42,659 nucleotides of DNA, taken from positions 1 through 42,659 of the forward strand of contig CAZUAY010000001.1 in assembly GCA_964618405.1 (NCBI GenBank), read 5' to 3'. Position 1 is the first letter of the stretch, and each line of letters begins with the position of its first letter. Both the position numbers and the translations under genes were made by a program. Shown piece by piece: positions 18,039 through 25,963 of the stretch. A model generated the notes under the pieces. The model saw only the letters and a list, made by a program, of their open reading frames with translations, was not told the origin of the DNA and did not search any database. This stretch comes from an uncultured Lentisphaerales bacterium (GTDB lineage Bacteria > Verrucomicrobiota > Kiritimatiellia > RFP12 > UBA3636).

Positions 18039-18557
18039 ATGATACGCTTACTGGCGATGAAACATACGGATGAACAAAAGGGTCTCCCTTATCCTGCGGA
18101 TGAGGATTTGTTGGAATCCATTCGTGCTTACTTAGAAGGCTTTGGGAATAGTCCCGAAGTTAGGAATCCGATTGTCTGCGATCCTTCAGCCGATCTGGTT
18201 GGTTATCTTGCGCACGCCGACTTTACCTTCTCTCGTCGGTTGTTTCAGCTCATCCGAGAAAGCGGAATTGGCGAAGTAGAAGTCTATAAGCGTGCTCATG
18301 TCGATCGAAAACTCTTTTCGAAAATTCGGAGCGATTCCGCTTATCAACCGAAGAAGACCACCGTTGTTGCTTTTGCGCTGGCGTTGCGTCTCTCGCCTGC
18401 TCAGGCGCAAGCCCTTCTGGAATCGGCTGGTTATTCGCTTTCCAGAAGTGCTCACTTCGACCTGATCGTCCGCTACTTCCTTGAGCGAGGGATCTACGAT
18501 CTTCTTAAGATCAACGATGCGCTTTTTGAATTTGGGCAGCCGCTCTTGACGGTCTGA
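18039..18557 (+). CDS. Helix-turn-helix (XRE-like) domain protein
   Basis: 172 aa. The central segment FSRRLFQLIRESGIGEVEVYKRAHVDRKLFSKIRS...KKTTVVAFALAL.LS..QAQALLESAGYSLS resembles a widespread HTH family. The start could instead be the internal Met at residue 7. Confidence 0.65.
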   Translation: MIRLLAMKHTDEQKGLPYPADEDLLESIRAYLEGFGNSPEVRNPIVCDPSADLVGYLAHADFTFSRRLFQLIRESGIGEVEVYKRAHVDRKLFSKIRSDSAYQPKKTTVVAFALALRLSPAQAQALLESAGYSLSRSAHFDLIVRYFLERGIYDLLKINDALFEFGQPLLTV

Positions 18558-18671
18558 AAATGTCGCTCGTCAAGCGACACTTTCCGCTTCAGCTCATGAT
18601 AGGCTAGGGTTGTTTTCAAGGGATGCTCGGCATTCCAAACGTAAAACAAAAAATAAAACAAGGAGGCAGAT

Positions 18672-19289
18672 ATGAGCAATAACAATACGACAAATGAACA
18701 GGCTACAAACTATCGTCCTAAACTTTCGTTCTATCATGCGAACGGAAAAGGAACGGGCAGCGTCGCGAGCTTTGAGGTTGTCCCCGCCACCGGTGATCGT
18801 GATGGATCCGTTTTTCTAACACTCGCCCAGCAGAAGAGCGTGGCGTCGGGATCCAACGACCAAGGGAACCGTCAACATGCTACGTTTGACTGGATGAACC
18901 GCGTCACCGTCAAACTCAACTTCGGTGATCTTTGCCAAATGCTTCCCGTTTTCAAGGGGCTGGCGGTGAACGTCAACGAAGGTAAGGGGCTCTACCACGA
19001 CAGCCGTAGCACGACGACGATCATCAACCTTGTTCATCAGCTAGATCCGTATCCAGGGTATGCCCTCGACGTCTCGCGCCGTAGCAAGACTGGAGGTGAT
19101 CCTGCGCCGCGCATCCGCATCCTCTTTAATGCGGCCGAAGCGTATGGCCTGAGCGTGGTTTTGGAGCAGGCATTAGGGCTGCTTGCCTTCGGCATTCCGC
19201 GCGAATACCGTCCGAATACAGAAACGACTCCGACAGAGTCGGAGTCGGTCTCGAGGGAAGCGGATGACGACGAACCTGTCGGGTTCTAA
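18672..19289 (+). CDS. Hypothetical protein, possible Whirly-like ssDNA-binding protein
   Basis: 205 aa. A strong RBS AAGGAGG lies 7 nt upstream of the ATG. By eye the sequence parallels plant Whirly proteins (see finding). The C-terminal tail is acidic. Confidence 0.75.
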   Translation: MSNNNTTNEQATNYRPKLSFYHANGKGTGSVASFEVVPATGDRDGSVFLTLAQQKSVASGSNDQGNRQHATFDWMNRVTVKLNFGDLCQMLPVFKGLAVNVNEGKGLYHDSRSTTTIINLVHQLDPYPGYALDVSRRSKTGGDPAPRIRILFNAAEAYGLSVVLEQALGLLAFGIPREYRPNTETTPTESESVSREADDDEPVGF

Positions 19290-21283
19290 TCGGCGAGTAG
19301 GGCTCGGGCCTTTGCGACGACGTTTTCGACCGTAAAGCCGAAGTGCTGCTCCAGTGCTTCGGCGGGGCCCGATTCGCCAAAGGTGTCGAGCGTGACAGTT
19401 GCACCGTTGAGGCCAATGTACTTCGCCCATCCGAAGGAAGTGCCCGCTTCGACGACCATACGCTTCGTACAGCGTGGGTCGAGGACGCCGTCACGATAGG
19501 CCTGGGTCTGCTTCTCAAAGAGTTCCCAGGAGGGCATGTTGACGACCCGGACGTTGATGTCCTTTAGTTCAGCAGCGGCTTTAAGTGCCAGCGAAACTTC
19601 GGAGCCGGTGGCGATGATGATCAGCTCTGGGAGGCCTTGGCCGTTCTGGAAGAGGGTGTAGGCACCCTTCTCCAGCATCGCGGGTGCGGTGGCATCGGTG
19701 CGTTCAAGGACTGGCAGATTCTGTCGTGTGAACAACAGCGTGGTGGGGCCGGTTGTGTTCTTAAGGGCGGCAATGAACGCGGCACCCGTTTCGGAGGCAT
19801 CGGCGGGGCGGATGACCGTCATGTTAGGAATCGCGCGCATGGCGGCGAGGTGTTCGACCGGCTCATGCGTCGGGCCGTCTTCGCCGACATAGAAGGAATC
19901 GTGGGTGAAGGCATAGATCGCGGGCAGGTGGGAGAGGGCGGCGATGCGAGCGGCGGGGCGCAGGTAGTCGGAGAACACGAAGAACGTGGAGACGAAGCTG
20001 CGGAGACCTCCGTAGACGAGTAGGCCGTTTTGAATTGCTGCCATAGCGAATTCGCGTACGCCGTACTGGATGTTGCGACCGGAGAAATCAGTAGGCGTGA
20101 TAGCGGAATAACCTTCAAGCCAGGATTTGTTGCTCGGTGCTAGGTCGGCGGATCCGCCGACGAAGTTGGGCAGAGCCTTGGCGAGGGTCTGGATGACTTT
20201 ACCGAACGAAGCGCGTGTCGCGATCGGCTTATCGAAGGTTGGGAATTGGCTTTCCAGGTCGGCAGGGAGTTTTGAATCGTAAAAAGCATTCCATTTTGCT
20301 GCCAATTCTGGGTTGGCGAGTACGGCCGTTTCGTGGAGACGTTTCCAGCGACTGGCCAACCGTTGAGAGGCGGCATTTCGAATTGCGAAAATGTCGTAGA
20401 CGGATTCGGGAACGTAGAAATCTAACTCGGGTGGAAGGCCGAGGGCAAGTTTGGTGAGTTTAACCTCTTCTGCGCCCAGCGGTTCGCCGTGGGCCTTGGC
20501 TGAACCGGCTCTATTCGGGCTGCCCTTGCCAATGGTCGTTTTACAGAAGATGAGAGTCGGGGCGTCGGCGGTGCGCTTAGCCTTGAGGATGGCTTTGTCG
20601 ATCTGAACATAGTCGTGGCCGTCGATTTCAATTACTTTCCAGCCGTAGGCTTTGTAACGCGCTTTGACATCTTCGGTGAACGTGGCATCCGTGGAGCCTT
20701 CGATACAGATTTTGTTGGAGTCGTAGAACAGGATTAGCTTGTTAAGCTTCAAGTGCCCGGCAAAGGAAGAGACTTCGTGGCTGACGCCCTCCATCATGTC
20801 GCCGTCGCCGCAGAAGGCGTATGTGTAGTTATTGAAGAGTTCGGCTCCGGCTGAGTTGAAATGGGCCTCCATCATTTTTTCGGCGATAGCCATGCCCACG
20901 GCATTGCCGATGCCTTGGCCCAACGGGCCTGTCGTGGTCTCGACGCCTACGGTCTGTCCAACTTCCGGGTGTCCCGGGGTGTTGGAGCCTAATTGACGGA
21001 AGTTCTTGAGGTCGTTGATTGAGACAGGGAATCCTGTAAGATGCAGCAGGGAGTAGAGCAATGTGCAGCCGTGTCCACCCGAGAGTACAAAGCGGTCGCG
21101 GTTGGGCCACTTTGGATTTACCGACGTAGCGTTGAGGTGTTTCAACCAGAGGACGGCGGCGACATCGGCCATTCCGAGAGGAAGACCGGGGTGTCCTGAA
21201 TTTGCCTTTTGGACTGCGTCTATTGAGAGTCCCCGGATAACATTGGCCGCCAATTGATAGTCTGCTGTGCTAAAACCGCGCAT
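19286..21283 (-). CDS. tkt: Transketolase
   Basis: 665 aa from the Met at 21283 (MRGFSTADYQ). Motifs SGHPG and the TPP-binding GDGDMMEGVSHE. Its stop codon overlaps the stop codon of the convergent 18672-19289 gene. Confidence 0.95.
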   Translation of the reverse strand: MRGFSTADYQLAANVIRGLSIDAVQKANSGHPGLPLGMADVAAVLWLKHLNATSVNPKWPNRDRFVLSGGHGCTLLYSLLHLTGFPVSINDLKNFRQLGSNTPGHPEVGQTVGVETTTGPLGQGIGNAVGMAIAEKMMEAHFNSAGAELFNNYTYAFCGDGDMMEGVSHEVSSFAGHLKLNKLILFYDSNKICIEGSTDATFTEDVKARYKAYGWKVIEIDGHDYVQIDKAILKAKRTADAPTLIFCKTTIGKGSPNRAGSAKAHGEPLGAEEVKLTKLALGLPPELDFYVPESVYDIFAIRNAASQRLASRWKRLHETAVLANPELAAKWNAFYDSKLPADLESQFPTFDKPIATRASFGKVIQTLAKALPNFVGGSADLAPSNKSWLEGYSAITPTDFSGRNIQYGVREFAMAAIQNGLLVYGGLRSFVSTFFVFSDYLRPAARIAALSHLPAIYAFTHDSFYVGEDGPTHEPVEHLAAMRAIPNMTVIRPADASETGAAFIAALKNTTGPTTLLFTRQNLPVLERTDATAPAMLEKGAYTLFQNGQGLPELIIIATGSEVSLALKAAAELKDINVRVVNMPSWELFEKQTQAYRDGVLDPRCTKRMVVEAGTSFGWAKYIGLNGATVTLDTFGESGPAEALEQHFGFTVENVVAKARALLAD

Positions 21284-21391
21284 GTGAAACCTTTCTATAA
21301 TGTGAAGTGCGAAAACGTTCAAAAACAAATTATAACTATACCAAAGACATAAATAAAAATCAAACCTCCAGATTTACTTTTGTTATTTTCA

Positions 21392-21417
21392 CCCCTCGAA
21401 AACGGGGCGTTTTTTTT
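21392..21417 (+). terminator. Terminator-like hairpin plus T8 tract in a divergent intergenic region
   Basis: CCCCTCG-AAAA-CGGGG followed by CG and TTTTTTTT (T run 21410-21417). No + strand gene lies upstream of it. Confidence 0.3.
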
Positions 21418-21543
21418 AAATCGGTTTTTTTGTAATTTTTCATTTGAGTTTATCGGAGAATTAAGATAATATCATCCCTAATTCACGGCATACGGGTTTC
21501 CGTGGTCCTTCAAGTAGACTCAAGCAAAGAGGATATAAACGAT

Positions 21544-22170
21544 ATGAAACATGTACACAACAGATTTGCAGCGAGCTTGGCGGCGTGCCTTCTTGCCATG
21601 CTTTCGTCAAGCGGAGTCTACGCTCAGCAGCCAGCTCCGCAGGCGGCGGAAATTCTTCGGATTAAGAGCGTGACCGATCTTGGGCGAGAGTACCAACAGC
21701 GTGCGATAGGCATGGGAGCCAAAACGGCACGGCCTAAGACTTGGGGCGTTTTCGATGTCGTCTTTGATACGGCTCCTCTTTGGATTAATGAGTTGACCAT
21801 CACTTACAGTCTGATGCTGTTCAACGATAAGGCGAATCAGGGTGAGAAGGCTTTGTCGCTTATGAAGCTCACCGTTGAGTATCGAGATATTGCTCAAGGG
21901 CGCGAGCATCGGGCAGGGGTTGTGCTCCCCGCTGTGGCGCTTGAGCGTTATGGAAAGCCGATTGGTTTTGCCGCCCAACTTTTTATTGGCGGCAATCTCG
22001 TCGCTGAATCTGGTGTTGTTGACGGGTCGTTGAGAGGGCAGGAGCGGTGGTGGGCTAATCCCATTGTTATCGACAACCCGCTGGTTGAGAAGCGAGACGG
22101 CTACCTAGTTGAACGATCTAAATCTGTTTTCAGCTTGGTTGACATTGACAGTTACGAGGCAGGCCGATAG
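21544..22170 (+). CDS. Secreted hypothetical protein, first gene of the pilus-like cluster (positional equivalent of Amuc_1102)
   Basis: 208 aa from the ATG at 21544. Sec signal peptide (AACLLAMLSSSGVYAQQ). Its stop overlaps the start of the PilM-like gene. Confidence 0.75.
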   Translation: MKHVHNRFAASLAACLLAMLSSSGVYAQQPAPQAAEILRIKSVTDLGREYQQRAIGMGAKTARPKTWGVFDVVFDTAPLWINELTITYSLMLFNDKANQGEKALSLMKLTVEYRDIAQGREHRAGVVLPAVALERYGKPIGFAAQLFIGGNLVAESGVVDGSLRGQERWWANPIVIDNPLVEKRDGYLVERSKSVFSLVDIDSYEAGR

Positions 22171-23858
22171 TGTTTGCAAAAGATAGAATCCTTACGCTAG
22201 ACATCGGTGTAAGCAAGATCGTCCTTGGGGAGTTTTTAGTAAAGAATTCCTCCATGCCGATTCTTACTCGTTTTGTCGTACGCCCATCCAATCCGTTTGC
22301 AGCGGAAGCCGGCATTCCAACGATGGAATCGATAGCGGATCTCATCCGAGAGATGACGCTAGAAGGCGGTATCAAGGCGGCTCCACTTTACGTTATGCTT
22401 TCTGGGCAGGCGATTTTCCCCCGGTTTGTGAAGTTGCCGCCAGTTTCGTCTGACAAGATTGATGAGATGCTTCGATATGAAGCTTCTGAGAATCTCCCTT
22501 TCCCGATTGAAGAGGTTGTCTGGGATTATCAAGTTGTGTCTGCTGATGACGAGACCGAGCTTGACGCGCTCATTGTCGCGACCAAAGGTGAGACGGCGCA
22601 AGATGCGGCCGCGTGCGCTGAAAGGGCTGGGCTGCAATTAGCGATGGTCGATGCGATGCCGTTCGCCCTCTACAATTGCATCCGCTTTAATTCGTCTGAC
22701 AATGGAAAGTGCACGATGTTGCTCGATATCGGTGCACGTTCGACTGATCTTGTTTTCGTTGAAGGCAGTAAGATTTTTACTCGAAGCATTTCCGTTGCTG
22801 GCAATACGATCACAAACGAGATTGCTCGAAGTCTCGCTGTCTCCCCTGAAGAAGCAGAGAGGATCAAGAAAGATATCGGTTTCGTTGCTCTAGGTGGAAC
22901 CTACGCTGTAGTGGATGACGAAACGGCAGACAAGGTTTCTAAAATTATCCGGAATGTGGCCACGCGTCTCCATTCCGAGGTAAACCGATCTGTGAACTTC
23001 TATCGTAGCCAGCAAGGTGGGTCAGCTCCTGAAAAGTTGTTTTTAACAGGCGGTGCGGCACTGACCCGGCACATGGACACGTTTTTCCGCGAGAAGCTAG
23101 GGGTTGAGGTCGAATACCTAAATCCGTTTGCCAATGTAGCGGTTGCACCGGAACTTCAAGGCGAGACGGAAGCTCTTTTCCTCATGGCACCGTCGGTTGG
23201 GCTGGCCTTACGGGGAAGCATGAAGTGTCCCATCGAGATTAACTTAATGCCTCCAGCGGTACTCGCCTATCAGCGGTTTGCTAAGCGTATTCCGTTCTTC
23301 GCCGTATCGGTTGTAGGACTTATTCTGACACTATTGTGTTGGTTCTCGTATGCGAAAAATCTTCAGTCTGCTTACACGTCTCAGCACGAAATGGTCAAGC
23401 ATAGGCTTGACGAGCGTACCCGGTACCAACGGCAGATCGACACGGTCAACGTTAGCAGTAAAGCGCTAGAGGAAAAGATAAACTACATGTCGGCCCTGGT
23501 TGCGTCTCGAGCTTCGATCCCAGAGGCACTTTCTGCCGTTCGTGAAGCCATGATCAAGGACACCTGGTTGACGAGCATGACCTTCGACAAGGAAGATGAT
23601 AACGCAGCGTACATGAATCTCGTCGTTTGTGGGTTTAAGAGGGAACTCGACGAGAAGGTGACCAATAAATCTGCTGGCGAATTGCTCTTAGCCAATTTGC
23701 TTGAGTTGAAGGATCTGTTTCTGAAAGAGGGTTCTAGAGTCGAGCAAGAACGCTCGATCGAAAATGATCGGCTCAGTGAGCTTCATATCCGGCTGAAGCT
23801 CTCCAAGAAACTTGGGGCCATTGACGAAAATAGCCTGGCGGAGACGGCCACGAAATGA
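22170..23858 (+). CDS. PilM-like actin-fold ATPase fused to a PilN-like TM/coiled-coil segment (Amuc_1101-type)
   Basis: 562 aa. PilM/FtsA-like motifs LTLDIGVSKIV, MLLDIGARSTDLVFV and SVAGNTITNEIA. This is followed by a TM helix (FFAVSVVGLILTLLCWFSY) and a coiled-coil region. Confidence 0.85.
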   Translation: MFAKDRILTLDIGVSKIVLGEFLVKNSSMPILTRFVVRPSNPFAAEAGIPTMESIADLIREMTLEGGIKAAPLYVMLSGQAIFPRFVKLPPVSSDKIDEMLRYEASENLPFPIEEVVWDYQVVSADDETELDALIVATKGETAQDAAACAERAGLQLAMVDAMPFALYNCIRFNSSDNGKCTMLLDIGARSTDLVFVEGSKIFTRSISVAGNTITNEIARSLAVSPEEAERIKKDIGFVALGGTYAVVDDETADKVSKIIRNVATRLHSEVNRSVNFYRSQQGGSAPEKLFLTGGAALTRHMDTFFREKLGVEVEYLNPFANVAVAPELQGETEALFLMAPSVGLALRGSMKCPIEINLMPPAVLAYQRFAKRIPFFAVSVVGLILTLLCWFSYAKNLQSAYTSQHEMVKHRLDERTRYQRQIDTVNVSSKALEEKINYMSALVASRASIPEALSAVREAMIKDTWLTSMTFDKEDDNAAYMNLVVCGFKRELDEKVTNKSAGELLLANLLELKDLFLKEGSRVEQERSIENDRLSELHIRLKLSKKLGAIDENSLAETATK

Positions 23859-24850
23859 GTAAACAACGGACCTATTTACTAATCGGCGCGGCGGTGTCAG
23901 GCATTCTTGTTCTCGTCACGGCGGGAATTACGGCTACTGGCATCAATAAAGCCACCGCGCTTCGGGACGAGATGAAGAGTTCGTATTCGAAGCTCGAAAA
24001 TTTCTTCAAAAAAAATCCGTTTCCCAGCGCTGAAAACGTTGCGACCGAGGAAAAAAACTTAGATTTATTGAAAGAACGCTATGCCACGCTCATGAAGGAA
24101 CTCTCGAAGAATGAAGTGGTTGTCAAAGGTGTCCATACGCCTGGAAGTTTCTCAAAGACATGCGAAGAAACGGTTAATGCTCTTCGTAAAGATGCGCCAC
24201 AGGGAGCCGGCGATGCGTCGGTTATTGTCCCAGGATTTAATTTCGGATTTCAAAGGTATGACATCTCTAAAGAGGGAAAGCCTGCTGATCAGAAGAATGT
24301 CTCTCGGCTTTTATGTCAGCTTCGGATGACGGATATGCTAGTCCGCTTTTTCTACGATGCTGGGATCCTTAAACTTGACAGTGTTCTCCGAGAAGAATTT
24401 GACGCAGCGTCTGACGATACGGGAGCATCAAGAGGGCGAGGCAGGGTAGGCAGAGGCAGATCCGCGAGTTCGAGTTCAAGTGATGTTACCCTCGACAAGA
24501 TTGAAGAAGAACCTATTTTGGACGCTCCCTTTGCATTGGATCGGCAACGTTTCGGTTTCGTTTTCCTTGCCAAGGAGTCCGCCCTTTTCTCTTTAATGGA
24601 TAAAATTAACTCGATGTGGCCCTTTGCGCAGATTTCCAATTTTGAGTTTATAAAGAACGGCAAAGATGTCATTTTCCCTTTGAGTGCGGGTGAGGTAGCA
24701 GCAGCCACTGAAGTGGCGGGCATTATTAAACCGCCTGCAGGAGTTACGACCCGAATTGTTTCAGGTGCACTGCGAGAAGCTCCTGTCAAAGTAATCATGA
24801 CGATTGACATTTACACCTTCGGAGCCGAGAAAGACGAAGAACCCGAGTGA
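23855..24850 (+). CDS. Amuc_1100-family pilus-like protein (PilO-like topology)
   Basis: 331 aa with an ATGA start/stop overlap to the upstream gene. It has an N-terminal TM helix, a coiled-coil and an acidic C-terminus (..IDIYTFGAEKDEEPE). This layout matches Akkermansia Amuc_1100 as I recall it. Confidence 0.75.
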   Translation: MSKQRTYLLIGAAVSGILVLVTAGITATGINKATALRDEMKSSYSKLENFFKKNPFPSAENVATEEKNLDLLKERYATLMKELSKNEVVVKGVHTPGSFSKTCEETVNALRKDAPQGAGDASVIVPGFNFGFQRYDISKEGKPADQKNVSRLLCQLRMTDMLVRFFYDAGILKLDSVLREEFDAASDDTGASRGRGRVGRGRSASSSSSDVTLDKIEEEPILDAPFALDRQRFGFVFLAKESALFSLMDKINSMWPFAQISNFEFIKNGKDVIFPLSAGEVAAATEVAGIIKPPAGVTTRIVSGALREAPVKVIMTIDIYTFGAEKDEEPE

Positions 24851-24863
24851 GGGGCATACTATC

Positions 24864-25904
24864 ATGGCAAGATCACAGAAAAAAAACATAATTAAGCTGC
24901 ACTACGATAAAATCATCGTCGTGGTGGTCTTGCTTGCCTTGTTGCTTTCATTGGCTTTTTTAATCAAACTGTCGAGTTCACAGCGCACGAATGAAGCAAC
25001 GTTCAATATGAAGCTACAGGCACTCAGGCCAGATTATGAAAATGCGGAAGGCTTAGGGTCTGATTTATTTCAGGCGACTCAGGCCGCCCTAGAAAAGCCG
25101 TACACAATTGGAACAGCGAGCGTGCTGGTCGCTGCCGAACGCGCGGCCTGTATTGCCTGTGGTTTGCCAATCAAACTCGACGAAAAAATATGCCATTTTT
25201 GTAATACGCAACAGCCTGACGGTTCTGTCGCTGCAGATTGGGATTCCGACAAGGATGGTATGCCGGATTCTTGGGAGAAGCTCTACGGGCTAAACCCACT
25301 TGATCCCTTGGATGCATCCGGTGATCTGGATAAGGATAACTTCACCAATCTAGAAGAGTTCCTTGCAGGAACGAATCCTACTGATCCGAAGAGCAGACCG
25401 CCGTTGATCGATTTCTTGAAGGCGCAGAAGATTAATGCTATTCGTTTCCCTTACGAGCTGAAGAGCAAGTCGTCATTGGGCTCGGGGGCGTACTCGTTTC
25501 AAATAAACGAGGGAACTTCCAGGACGTATTTCATAAAAATTGGCGACGAAGTGAATAAATCTGGCTATAAAGCGGTTTCGTTCACCAACACAATGGTCGC
25601 GGTGAAAACCAAGGGCATGGCAGACAGAATGAAAGAAGTCATTGTGCTCAAGCTCTCTAACGGCGAAGACGAGGTTGAACTTATAGAGGATGGCGGCCCT
25701 GTATGGAACAGCTTTGAAGTTACGTTGATCTGTGAAAAAGAACGAGGAGCAGAACCGATCATCGTGAAACAGAGAGAGGCTTTTACCTTTGATGGTGAAA
25801 AATATACGATGGTACGGATTTCGAAAAACGATAGTTCTGGAGACGGAATAGTCGTCATAAGAAATGAATCAACTCAGCGGGAGATTAAGATCCCTAAATT
25901 ATAA
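24864..25904 (+). CDS. Membrane-anchored protein with a zinc ribbon and calcium-binding (thrombospondin type-3-like) acidic repeats (positional equivalent of Amuc_1099)
   Basis: 346 aa from the ATG at 24864. TM helix IIVVVVLLALLLSLAFLI, zinc ribbon CIACG..N9..CHFC, and DWDSDKDGMPDSWEKLYGLNPLDPLDASGDLDKDNFTNLEEFLAGTNPTDP. Confidence 0.75.
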   Translation: MARSQKKNIIKLHYDKIIVVVVLLALLLSLAFLIKLSSSQRTNEATFNMKLQALRPDYENAEGLGSDLFQATQAALEKPYTIGTASVLVAAERAACIACGLPIKLDEKICHFCNTQQPDGSVAADWDSDKDGMPDSWEKLYGLNPLDPLDASGDLDKDNFTNLEEFLAGTNPTDPKSRPPLIDFLKAQKINAIRFPYELKSKSSLGSGAYSFQINEGTSRTYFIKIGDEVNKSGYKAVSFTNTMVAVKTKGMADRMKEVIVLKLSNGEDEVELIEDGGPVWNSFEVTLICEKERGAEPIIVKQREAFTFDGEKYTMVRISKNDSSGDGIVVIRNESTQREIKIPKL

Positions 25905-25963
25905 AAGCATCGGCGATTTGTTTCAGTCTTTAAAAAAAACGATTTCAAGGAGTAGTTCTTAAT

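Noticed and set aside
21284-21328. Upstream start of the tkt ORF (680-aa version)
   Set aside because: The extra 15 residues (MFLNVFALHIIERFH) lie in AT-rich promoter-like sequence. Transketolase similarity starts near the Met at 21283.
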